The position numbers and the translations under genes are program-made. A DNA stretch of 64,000 nt from Flectonema sp. DT1601. Taxonomy: Eukaryota. Position 1 is the first letter of the stretch. Every line of letters begins with the position of its first letter. Location of the stretch: positions 1,550,001 to 1,614,000 of the forward strand of contig OZ025781.1 of NCBI GenBank assembly GCA_964019425.1, in the 5' to 3' direction. Below, piece by piece: positions 13,289 through 23,461 of this stretch. The notes under the pieces were generated by a model that saw only the letters and a program-made list of their open reading frames with translations, was not told the origin of the DNA and made no database searches.

Positions 13289-14138
13289 TCTTCTTAAAAA
13301 TCCGTACAGATTTTTCTCTCCTCACAGATTTTTTTTTTTTTTTTGGGCTCGCTGTTTGATTTTGTTAAAGCGTCTTCTAACCTGACGATAGATAATTTCA
13401 TTGCGGCCTTTTCTTTAGTATTAGTGTACTACCCGTCTTGAAAACACGGGCCAATACGCGTATACGACGTGGACCATCTCTGTGCCAACCACTTATGCGG
13501 GTACAGCAAATTACTTTTGCTTTGAAATCCTGTTGCTTTTCGCCCTTTCGCTCTATCTCTTTGTTGGAAATGGCCAGCTTTGTGTTATGTGTTACACATC
13601 TCTTCTTGCTTTGGCTTATGCTTTCTTCTGTTGGGTATAACGTACGCTTAAGTACCCAATTTCTGATCGGAAAAAAAAAAAAAAAAAATATTGACACGTA
13701 ACGAAATAAAGAATTGAACTATTCTGCGTTGAGTGTGACGACACTTGTACTTATCTATTGCCTCTCTGCTCTTTCTCCTCGTTTGTAGGAAAATAATATT
13801 TCTTTTTCTTTTCTTTACCCCATTCTTTTTTTCATCTATTTTAACAAATATTATAAGAAGCTAAAAAGAATATTGTGAAAGCACATGTATTCGGTTTACG
13901 GTTTTTGTGTGCCAAAACGAATTATTCTTTGATTTTCACATTGTAGTGGAGAAAAAAACAAAAAAAAAAAAAAAAAACAATAGCGTTATCCAACGATAGC
14001 TATCCAAAGGCTCCCAAAATTACGAATCCTTCAGTACGATGACTGTGGTTAAGTAACTAATATCTGGCAGTGGTTGTGATAAAACAGTTATTTTACTTCC
14101 CCCTCTCCCTTCAGATATTACAGCCGTCTGAATACAAC

Positions 14139-14906
14139 ATGTCTGACGGCAGAGAATCATCATGTAGCAGTTCATCAAAGTCTCCTAAGCTTCCTCGCCC
14201 GACAGTTCGTTCTGAGACACTTACAAAAGTAAGTCCTTCGGAGTTGCAGGAAATGCAAAAATTATTTTCTGACTGCGATGAGGGAACCTGTCGAAGATTC
14301 TTAGCTGCAAGAGGGGGGAATGTAAAGAAGGCTTCGCTGATGTTAAAAACAAACTTGGCGTGGAGAAAAACCACCTTACCAATTGATAAAAATGAAATTA
14401 AAAAGATGAGAAGGAAGATGAAATTCTTTACAAGAGGATATGACAAAGATGGTCATCCTCTTCTCCATTTTATTGGACCTCATCACAGCAGTAAAGATGA
14501 CTTGCAGGAGACAATGAAAATGATGACTTACGTCTTGGAAGACTGTGTTGATCACCTCCCAAGAGGGATCGAAAAATTCACACTTATGTTATTTCTACCA
14601 ACTGGATCCGAAATGGACAGAAGTCTTGTTCAGGCTGTGTCAAAACTATTTGGCGAAAACTACCCTGAACGAATGCATAAATGTTTTGTCTTCCCAACAG
14701 GCTTACTATCTCGTGGATTATGGGCTGTCGTAAAGGCATTTCTTGACCCAGTAACAGCAGGCAAGGTACATCTTTTATCTGGTGGCAGACAACCACCAGA
14801 GTTGCTTAAAACTATTGACAAAAGCAACATCCCTAAACTCTACGGGGGGGATGATATTTTCAACCCTTGTCCGGATCTGAAACCCGTATGTGATCTTGAC
14901 TACTAA
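14139..14906 (+). CDS. CRAL-TRIO (Sec14-like) lipid-binding protein, 255 aa
   Basis: Motifs CRRFLAARGGNVKKASLML...WRK, GYDKDGHP, NYPERM, WAVVKAFLDPVTAGKV and IPKLYGG. ATG at 14139 follows the pyrimidine tract and AG at 14114. Confidence 0.92.
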   Translation: MSDGRESSCSSSSKSPKLPRPTVRSETLTKVSPSELQEMQKLFSDCDEGTCRRFLAARGGNVKKASLMLKTNLAWRKTTLPIDKNEIKKMRRKMKFFTRGYDKDGHPLLHFIGPHHSSKDDLQETMKMMTYVLEDCVDHLPRGIEKFTLMLFLPTGSEMDRSLVQAVSKLFGENYPERMHKCFVFPTGLLSRGLWAVVKAFLDPVTAGKVHLLSGGRQPPELLKTIDKSNIPKLYGGDDIFNPCPDLKPVCDLDY

Positions 14907-16111
14907 CAGAAGTAAGTATTGGTGTAGTGTCATCAAACAAAATAAAAAAAATAATACAAACAGAAATAATACTTTTATTCGGTTGTTAGAAGTCTTCAGC
15001 CTCTCCGAATAAAAAGTTAGCGAACCTTCAGGACCGAGTATCTTATTGCCTGGTAGCCTTTGTCTCTCCTTTTCTCCCACACACGCTGTCTCATAAATTA
15101 CTCATTGTTTAAATTATTTAACTTTGATATAAATCAATTAACATTTAATTTCTGTACTCATCGTTGTCAGAGACAGGAATAGTGTGGACTGAGAAATTAT
15201 ATAAGACCAGGCAGCAGTAACATCTACGTGAGCAGTATTTCCGCATTTACTAAGCTGCGATCAACAAGATGTAAGGCTTATCTGAATGGTTTTTCATTTT
15301 TTCTTCTTTCGAATAATTATTGAAAGTAGCCAGCTGTCCATGGCTTGTGTCTAATTATTTCCTATTGACCTACGACTTTAATTTCATGGACTTTTTCCCT
15401 ATCTGGCCCTTTTTTCCTTTTTTTCCTCGTTCTCTTTTCTTTTTTTTTAATTTAAAAAAAGGAAAGTTGCCAAAAAAAAAAAAAAAACAGCCATAGCTTC
15501 CGGACAATATAACTTTACAATCCCGTTCTATTTTTATAGAAAACTCGTGTGTTATGAATTTATTGCGGCTGATAAATTAACATTGCTGTATGCAAGCCGA
15601 TAAATTATTAGGAACCATCCCTTAAAGGTCCATTAATATTGTAGACCTGCGTGTGTAAATAAGTTATGTACTGCCCACACTCCGTGTGTGAACATCATAT
15701 GGTCCTTTATTTATGTTTCTATTTTTATTTCTCGTTTTCCTCACGGGAAACTAGACTTTTTTTCAAATTTGCTTTTTGTTGTTGTTGTAACTTGTTGTTA
15801 TTTATGCTTTTGCTCGCCTAAATACAACAATATTACCATTTCACAATGAAATGTGCATCTTGGATTAGCATTTTTTTTTTTTTTTTTTTTTTTTCAAAAT
15901 ATCAGATTTTATTTGACCACAACGATGGAGAATAAGAGTGCTGACCTTTAAAAGGATCTTCTGCTGAGTCTTCGAAAACGGCTACGGATTGCTATTTATA
16001 ATATTCATCAAAAACGTTAGATTATCTGATTTGGTGCTAATTTTTAGTGAACCATCTTGTGTTTTGATTTTCATTACCCCTCAGACACTACATCCAAACC
16101 TACCCACCAAA

Positions 16112-16948
16112 ATGAGTGATTCCCCAGCAGTTTGGAGTAAGCCTTCAAAGATTGAAGAGATGTATCCATCAGAGTTTACTGGAATTAACAAACCAACAGC
16201 TGGTGTTCAGGAAGATATACCTGCACCATCAGGTAAGGCAGATATCCAACTGTACTCCTTAGGTACACCAAATGGTTGGAAGGTTAGCATATTACTTGAG
16301 GAGTTAGGAGTAGAATACGATGCTCACACTGTTTCTATTATGAGAGGTGATCAATTTACCAAAGGGTTTGTTGATGTTAACCCAAACAGTAAGATTCCAG
16401 CACTCACTGATAGAGACGGTCCAGATGGAAAACCGATTAATGTTTTTGAAAGTGCGAGTATCTGTTTGTATCTCGCTGACAAATATGGAAAGTTCGTGCC
16501 ACCTCAGTCAGACTTCAGAAAGAGAACTGAGATGATGAATTGGATTATGTGGCAGATGGCAGGACAAGGACCGATGACTGGTAACTTTGGTCATTTCTAC
16601 AACTACGCTCCAAGTGAGGAAGTTGGTGCTGTGACATACGGTGCTCGTCGTTATGGAATGGAAGTTCAGCGTCTTTGTTCAGTACTTGACAACCACTTGG
16701 CTGATAAAGATTACATTCTTGGATCAGACTATTCTCTTGCTGATATTATCTGTTTCCCATGGGTCTATGTAATCGGTAAAGATGGTATTGGTTACAAGAA
16801 CCGTGACAATGAGATTCACGGATTCGAGTTCTTGTCAATCGGGAAGTACAAGAATGTGATGCGTTGGAAGAAAGCCATTGAGGAAAGACCTGCTGTCCAA
16901 AAGGGATTAAAAGTTAATACTTTCGACAGCATTCGTCCAAGAGAGTAG
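16112..16948 (+). CDS. Glutathione S-transferase, Nu class (YghU/YfcG-like), copy 1, 278 aa
   Basis: FTGINKPTAG...IQLYSLGTPNGWKVSILLEELG, NPNSKIPAL, FESASICLYLADKYG, WIMWQM, GNFGHFYNYAP, YSLADIICFPW. The N-terminal extension and TPN motif are typical of YghU. ATG follows the acceptor at 16084. Confidence 0.93.
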   Translation: MSDSPAVWSKPSKIEEMYPSEFTGINKPTAGVQEDIPAPSGKADIQLYSLGTPNGWKVSILLEELGVEYDAHTVSIMRGDQFTKGFVDVNPNSKIPALTDRDGPDGKPINVFESASICLYLADKYGKFVPPQSDFRKRTEMMNWIMWQMAGQGPMTGNFGHFYNYAPSEEVGAVTYGARRYGMEVQRLCSVLDNHLADKDYILGSDYSLADIICFPWVYVIGKDGIGYKNRDNEIHGFEFLSIGKYKNVMRWKKAIEERPAVQKGLKVNTFDSIRPRE

Positions 16949-17312
16949 AAACTTATTACTGTAGCATTTGTGTAGTTAATATACAAATATACTCGAAGAA
17001 AAGAAAAGAAAAGAAAAGAATACAATCTTCCGGCAGCTAGAACAACCAATTAAGGATGCTGGCTACTTGATAACACTTTACCGTTCCGTTGATGTTAGAC
17101 CCTGATTGCTAACATCTTATTTTCCACTTTTCCTTTTTGTTTTTCCCTTTTCTTTCCTCTCTCTCATTGTTCCACACAGTCCACCTACAGATGTTGATTT
17201 TCGTACGTGTAATGTACAAGCAAAGCTTCTTTGGAATCTTTCGAAGTAACTACTGGTGTAAAACAAGTGAACCAAAACTGATTAATTGATAAAATGTGTG
17301 AAACTCACATTA

Positions 17313-17470
17313 TCTATAATCGGTAAAGATGGTATTGGTTACAAGAACCGTGACAATGATATTCACGGATTCGAGTTCTTGTCAATCGGGAAGTACAAGA
17401 ATGTGATGCGTTGGAAGAAAGCAAAGTAGAAAATTATTACTTTCGACAGCAAATTGTCCAAGAGAGTATA
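17313..17470 (+). pseudogene. Degenerate 3' fragment of the GST CDS inside spacer 1
   Basis: taatcggtaaagatggtattggttacaagaaccgtgacaatga...gcgttggaagaaagc matches the GST 3' end, followed by a deleted or scrambled end and a diverged 3' flank copy. Confidence 0.9.
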
Positions 17471-18005
17471 AATTATTACTGTAGCTTTTGTGTTATTCAT
17501 TATATCGTTGTTTCTATATACAAATATAATCAAAACAAAAACAATCCTCGGCAGCTAGAACCGTCAAGGATGCTAGCTGCCTGATAAAACTTCATCGTTC
17601 CGTTGATGTTAGAGTGTCGGATTCTTTTTCCACTCTTCCTTTCATTGATTCTTTCTTCTCTTTCCTCCCTCTCATTACTTTATTTTGGTTATGTTGTTAT
17701 TTATGTTTTGCTCGCATGAGTAAAAAACAATATTACCATTTCACAATGAAATGTGCATCGTGTCTAACTAATTTTTTTTTCTTTTTTTTTTTAAATCAGA
17801 TTTTATTTGACCACAACGATGGAGAATAAGAGTGCTGACCTTTAAAAGGGTCTTCTGTTGAGTCTTCGAAAACGGCTACAGATTGCTATTTATAATATTC
17901 ATCAAAAACGTTAGATTATCTGATTTAGTGCTAATTTTTAGTGAACCATCTTGTGTTTTGATTTTCATTACCCCTCAGACACTACATCCAAACCTACCCA
18001 CCAAA

Positions 18006-18842
18006 ATGAGTGATTCCCCAGCAGTTTGGAGTAAGCCTTCAAAGATTGAAGAGATGTATCCATCAGAGTTTACTGGAATTAACAAACCAACAGCTGGTGT
18101 TCAGGAAGATATACCTGCACCATCAGGTAAGGCAGATATCCAACTGTACTCCTTAGGTACACCAAATGGTTGGAAGGTTAGCATATTACTTGAGGAGTTA
18201 GGAGTAGAATACGATGCTCACACTGTTTCTATTATGAGAGGTGATCAATTTACCAAAGGGTTTGTTGATGTTAACCCAAACAGTAAGATTCCAGCACTCA
18301 CTGATAGAGACGGTCCAGATGGAAAACCGATTAATGTTTTTGAAAGTGCGAGTATCTGTTTGTATCTCGCTGACAAATATGGAAAGTTCGTGCCACCTCA
18401 GTCAGACTTCAGAAAGAGAACTGAGATGATGAATTGGATTATGTGGCAGATGGCAGGACAAGGACCGATGACTGGTAACTTTGGTCATTTCTACAACTAC
18501 GCTCCAAGTGAGGAAGTTGGTGCTGTGACATACGGTGCTCGTCGTTATGGAATGGAAGTTCAGCGTCTTTGTTCAGTACTTGACAACCACTTGGCTGATA
18601 AAGATTACATTCTTGGATCAGACTATTCTCTTGCTGATATTATCTGTTTCCCATGGGTCTATGTAATCGGTAAAGATGGTATTGGTTACAAGAACCGTGA
18701 CAATGAGATTCACGGATTCGAGTTCTTGTCAATCGGGAAGTACAAGAATGTGATGCGTTGGAAGAAAGCCATTGAGGAAAGACCTGCTGTCCAAAAGGGA
18801 TTAAAAGTTAATACTTTCGACAGCATTCGTCCAAGAGAGTAG
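18006..18842 (+). CDS. Glutathione S-transferase, Nu class (YghU-like), copy 2
   Basis: Translation identical to copy 1. Confidence 0.93.
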   Translation: MSDSPAVWSKPSKIEEMYPSEFTGINKPTAGVQEDIPAPSGKADIQLYSLGTPNGWKVSILLEELGVEYDAHTVSIMRGDQFTKGFVDVNPNSKIPALTDRDGPDGKPINVFESASICLYLADKYGKFVPPQSDFRKRTEMMNWIMWQMAGQGPMTGNFGHFYNYAPSEEVGAVTYGARRYGMEVQRLCSVLDNHLADKDYILGSDYSLADIICFPWVYVIGKDGIGYKNRDNEIHGFEFLSIGKYKNVMRWKKAIEERPAVQKGLKVNTFDSIRPRE

Positions 18843-19207
18843 AAACTTATTACTGTAGCATTTGTGTAGTTAATATACAAATATACTCAAAGAAAAGAAA
18901 AGAAAAGAAAAGAATACAATCTTCCGGCAGCTAGAACAACCAATTAAGGATGCTGGCTACCTGATAACGCTTTACCGTTCCGTTGATGTTAGACCCTGAT
19001 TGCTAACATCTTATTTTCCACTTTTCCTTTTTGTTTTTTCCCTTTTCTTTCCTCTCTCTCATTGTTCCACACAGTCCACCTACAGATGTTGATTTTCGTA
19101 CGTGTAATGTACAAGCAAAGCTTCTTTGGAATCTTTCGAAGTAACTACTGGTGTAAAACAAGTGAACCAAAACTGATTAATTGATAAAATGCGTGAAACT
19201 CACATTA

Positions 19208-19364
19208 TCTATAATCGGTAAAGATGGTATTGGTTACAAGAACCGTGACAATGATATTCACGGATTCGAGTTCTTGTCAATCGGGAAGTACAAGAATGTG
19301 ATGCGTTGGAAGAAAGCAAAGTAGAAAATTATTACTTTCGACAGCAAATTGTCCAAGAGAGTAT
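19208..19364 (+). pseudogene. Degenerate 3' fragment of the GST CDS inside spacer 2
   Basis: Same fragment as 17313-17470, offset 1895. Confidence 0.9.
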
Positions 19365-19900
19365 AAATTATTACTGTAGCTTTTGTGTTATTCATTATAT
19401 CGTTGTTTCTATATACAAATATAATCAAAACAAAAACAATCCTCGGCAGCTAGAACCGTCAAGGATGCTAGCTGCCTGATAAAACTTCATCGTTCCGTTG
19501 ATGTTGGAGTGTCGGATTCTTTTTCCACTCTTCCTTTCATTGATTCTTTCTTCTCTTTCCTCCCTCTCATTACTTTATTTTGGTTATGTTGTTATTTATG
19601 TTTTGCTCGCATGAGTAAAAAACAATATTACCATTTCACAATGAAATGTGCATCGTGTCTAACTAATTTTTTTTTCTTTTTTTTTTTAAATCAGATTTTA
19701 TTTGACCACAACGATGGAGAATAAGAGTGCTGACCTTTAAAAGGATCTTCTGCTGAGTCTTCGAAAACGGCTACAGATTGCTATTTATAATATTCATCAA
19801 AAACGTTAGATTATCTGATTTAGTGCTAATTTTTAGTGAACCATCTTGTGTTTTGATTTTCATTACCCCTCAGACACTACATCCAAACCTACCCACCAAA

Positions 19901-20737
19901 ATGAGTGATTCCCCAGCAGTTTGGAGTAAGCCTTCAAAGATTGAAGAGATGTATCCATCAGAGTTTACTGGAATTAACAAACCAACAGCTGGTGTTCAGG
20001 AAGATATACCTGCACCATCAGGTAAGGCAGATATCCAACTGTACTCCTTAGGTACACCAAATGGTTGGAAGGTTAGCATATTACTTGAGGAGTTAGGAGT
20101 AGAATACGATGCTCACACTGTTTCTATTATGAGAGGTGATCAATTTACCAAAGGGTTTGTTGATGTTAACCCAAACAGTAAGATTCCAGCACTCACTGAT
20201 AGAGACGGTCCAGATGGAAAACCGATTAATGTTTTTGAAAGTGCGAGTATCTGTTTGTATCTCGCTGACAAATATGGAAAGTTCGTGCCACCTCAGTCAG
20301 ACTTCAGAAAGAGAACTGAGATGATGAATTGGATTATGTGGCAGATGGCAGGACAAGGACCGATGACTGGTAACTTTGGTCATTTCTACAACTACGCTCC
20401 AAGTGAGGAAGTTGGTGCTGTGACATACGGTGCTCGTCGTTATGGAATGGAAGTTCAGCGTCTTTGTTCAGTACTTGACAACCACTTGGCTGATAAAGAT
20501 TACATTCTTGGATCAGACTATTCTCTTGCTGATATTATCTGTTTCCCATGGGTCTATGTAATCGGTAAAGATGGTATTGGTTACAAGAACCGTGACAATG
20601 AGATTCACGGATTCGAGTTCTTGTCAATCGGGAAGTACAAGAATGTGATGCGTTGGAAGAAAGCCATTGAGGAAAGACCTGCTGTCCAAAAGGGATTAAA
20701 AGTTAATACTTTCGACAGCATTCGTCCAAGAGAGTAG
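19901..20737 (+). CDS. Glutathione S-transferase, Nu class (YghU-like), copy 3
   Basis: Translation identical to copies 1 and 2. Confidence 0.93.
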   Translation: MSDSPAVWSKPSKIEEMYPSEFTGINKPTAGVQEDIPAPSGKADIQLYSLGTPNGWKVSILLEELGVEYDAHTVSIMRGDQFTKGFVDVNPNSKIPALTDRDGPDGKPINVFESASICLYLADKYGKFVPPQSDFRKRTEMMNWIMWQMAGQGPMTGNFGHFYNYAPSEEVGAVTYGARRYGMEVQRLCSVLDNHLADKDYILGSDYSLADIICFPWVYVIGKDGIGYKNRDNEIHGFEFLSIGKYKNVMRWKKAIEERPAVQKGLKVNTFDSIRPRE

Positions 20738-21561
20738 AAACTTATTACTGTAGCATTTGTGTAGTTAATTAGATTAATTTCTGTATGCAAATATACTCAA
20801 AGAAAAGAAAACAATACAATCTTCCGGCAGCTAGAACAACCAATTAAGGATGCTGGCTACCTGATAACACTTTACCGTTCCGTTGATGTTAGACCCTGAA
20901 TGCTAATGTCAGTTTTCCTTTTTGTTTTTTCCCTTTTCTTTCCTCCCTCTCATTGTTCCACACAGTCCACCTACAGATGTTGATTTTCGTACGTGTAATG
21001 TACAAGCAAAGCTTCTTTGGAATCTTTCGAAGTAACTACTGGTGTAAAACAAGTGAAACAAGACTGTCTAATTTAAAAAAAAAAAGAACAAAAAACATCC
21101 TTCCGGCAGCTAGAACCATCAAGAATGCTAGCTGCCTGATAACACTTTATCGTTCCGTTGATGTTAGAGTGTCGGATTCTTTTCCCACTCTTCCTTTCTT
21201 TCATTCTTTCTTTTGCTTCTCATTGTTTCAAGCATCAGCCCAGTTGATTCTCGGAATTGCAATGTACAAGCAAAGCTTCTATAGAAGCTTATGATAAATA
21301 TAAGAGTAAACTTCAACTACAAAGACAAGCAATTACTAAGTACAGTGAAACAAGTGCAGTGAAATAAAACTGTCTAACTAAAACTCACATGTTCTCTTAT
21401 TATGATAAGGTCTTCAGAAGTAATAATGTTTCGTTTTTTTCTTTTTTCAATAACAGATTAAAAATATGCATATTATTTCCCCTTAGCAGGGTATTGTGAG
21501 TATGAAAAATGAAAATTAAAAAAAAATCATTCGTTTATTTATATTAGGCAAATCTGTTGAA

Positions 21562-23304
21562 ATGGTGTGCGCGAAAAAATGTTTAGGTGTATTTTTCAAA
21601 TTGGCCATCAAGGAAACCGACAGCATCCTTCAAGTAAAAAGGAAAAAACTTGCAATCCTCGTCTGTCTCTCTATTTTCAGTTTGATTAGCGTGCTGTTAA
21701 CTTATTCAGGAAGACCGTTTTCTGTCATATGCGTTTCCATCGCGATAGGAATGGCGGTATTTGTACTGTTTTGGATATGCCTTTTACACAGACAAGTGAC
21801 TGATCAGTTTATACTTTTCATAGCTATTATAACATCTTCATCTATTATTTTCGGAGATCTTGGCTCGGCAATAGTTCAAGAAAATAGGCAATGGCCGGTA
21901 TTCGTCCTCCTTGTAGATGTTCTATTGGTTTCTGAGGCACCCTCAAGCATTTCTCTTGGGGTAGTAGCCCTGTGTTGTTTTTGGATCTTATTAACCAGCG
22001 TTGAAAGTACAATCAGATTTGGTCTATACGACGCACGTATTCAGGGGAGTCCTAGTTTTGAGACTCGAAATGCGATATGCTCTTGCAGCACATTGCCTTG
22101 CCCGCTTGATATTGGTCCAGCTCTCGGAACGCTAACTAGTGCTTCGCTTATATTCGTGGTAGATTTTATGTGTACAAGAGGGTTTGCTGCTGCTGTGCTT
22201 GAGGAAAAAAACAATATTCTGGCATCTATCGATGCAGCTAATCTCATAGCAGGGTCTCTCTCACGATTTGACTTAGAAACTGCAGCTGAACAATTAAATA
22301 ACGCTGTGATCCCTGCTGAGTTAAAAATGTCTTTTAGTTGTATTTTACAGAATTTACGATCATATAGACCTTATTTACCGCAGTCTTGTTTTAGAGATTC
22401 TTCGTCTGAAGAAGAAGTAGAAGAAGATAACCCAGATCATTCTTGTGGGAGTGGGAGTGGCAACAGCGGTTCATCATCAACTGCTCTTTCCGGGTCTCAG
22501 AAATCCAGAATTAGTATTGTAAACCTTCGTCGTCCCTTTGAGTCAAGGGTTGTATCCCTTCTTGTAGCCAATGTTAGGAATTCAGTGTTGGTTTTTCAAA
22601 GTTCAAATGAACATTTTTCCTCTCTCGTATCGGTTCTTGTCACTACGATATCAGACATAATTAATAAAAATAAGGGTAACTTTGATTTGTTTCTGGGAGA
22701 TCGTGTTTTTGCTAACTTTGGAGCGACACGAATGTTTTCAAGCCATGCTGACTCTTGTATATCAGCTGCTGAAAGAATAGTAAAAGAAGCAAAAACCATT
22801 CTAACCCCATTTCATCAATATGCTGGAGACACTCCACTTTCAATGAATGTCGGAATGGGATGTGGCAGATTAGCTTGTGGAGATCTAGGCAGTGACAACT
22901 CAATGAGATTTAGTGTAATTGGTCGGCATTCACATTTAGTTGTAGTAGTGGAAAGAGCAGGTAGCTTACTTGGTATTGATTTAGTATGTGAGAGTGGAAT
23001 GCATCGTCTGGTTAAAACTACTTATGAGATTCGTGTTTGTTTTCAAGCGTTCCTTTACAATGATGAGTTAGAATTATTGTATGAAATAATACCAACGTCT
23101 GGAGACGTTGAAGTCTCTGAGTGGATGTACCAATTAGAAAATAGTGGAGCTGGCAAATGGGACATCTATAATAAGATAGCTTCTGCTTTCTTAACTGGAG
23201 GTTGTCTGTCAAACGTTGAGAAGTTGAAATGTGATTCCATAGCTGATCTGCAATCAGTAATGGATAACGGAGCTCCAGATCCCTTAATAATTCAAAGAAG
23301 ATGA
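21562..23304 (+). CDS. Multi-TM protein with a degenerate class III adenylate/guanylate cyclase-like domain, 580 aa
   Basis: About 6 hydrophobic segments, then the linker NLRSYRPYLPQSC, a Ser/Glu-rich spacer, and cyclase-fold motifs VSLLVANVRNS, GNFDLFLGDRVFANFG, MNVGMGCG and GDLGSDNSMRFSVIG. Confidence 0.8.
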   Translation: MVCAKKCLGVFFKLAIKETDSILQVKRKKLAILVCLSIFSLISVLLTYSGRPFSVICVSIAIGMAVFVLFWICLLHRQVTDQFILFIAIITSSSIIFGDLGSAIVQENRQWPVFVLLVDVLLVSEAPSSISLGVVALCCFWILLTSVESTIRFGLYDARIQGSPSFETRNAICSCSTLPCPLDIGPALGTLTSASLIFVVDFMCTRGFAAAVLEEKNNILASIDAANLIAGSLSRFDLETAAEQLNNAVIPAELKMSFSCILQNLRSYRPYLPQSCFRDSSSEEEVEEDNPDHSCGSGSGNSGSSSTALSGSQKSRISIVNLRRPFESRVVSLLVANVRNSVLVFQSSNEHFSSLVSVLVTTISDIINKNKGNFDLFLGDRVFANFGATRMFSSHADSCISAAERIVKEAKTILTPFHQYAGDTPLSMNVGMGCGRLACGDLGSDNSMRFSVIGRHSHLVVVVERAGSLLGIDLVCESGMHRLVKTTYEIRVCFQAFLYNDELELLYEIIPTSGDVEVSEWMYQLENSGAGKWDIYNKIASAFLTGGCLSNVEKLKCDSIADLQSVMDNGAPDPLIIQRR

Positions 23305-23461
23305 GCATCTTTACCAGCTTGGTTAGTTTCCCACCCCACACCTATTCATCTGCTTACGCGGATGCAGCCATATTCCTCCCTAACGTCTTATTTTTGTGTT
23401 GTATAAATTCTTGATAATATTTTTTTTCATTCTTAATGCAATAGTCCCTCCCCTCCAAAAT

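Larger units (their letters stand above)
15790..21300 (+). repeat. Tandem array of ~1.9-kb units (period 1894/1895 bp), each carrying a GST gene
   Basis: Three GST ORFs at offsets 1894 and 1895 share upstream and downstream flanks. A few spacer substitutions distinguish the copies (ggatcttctgctg vs gggtcttctgttg; gatttggtg vs gatttagtg). Boundaries are approximate. Confidence 0.95.

Noticed and set aside
15989..16111. 41-aa N-terminal extensions of the GST ORFs, and similar extensions at 3372, 14070, 23396 and 25882
   Set aside because: They begin at TTG/GTG and read through pyrimidine tracts and acceptor regions; the real starts are the downstream ATGs.
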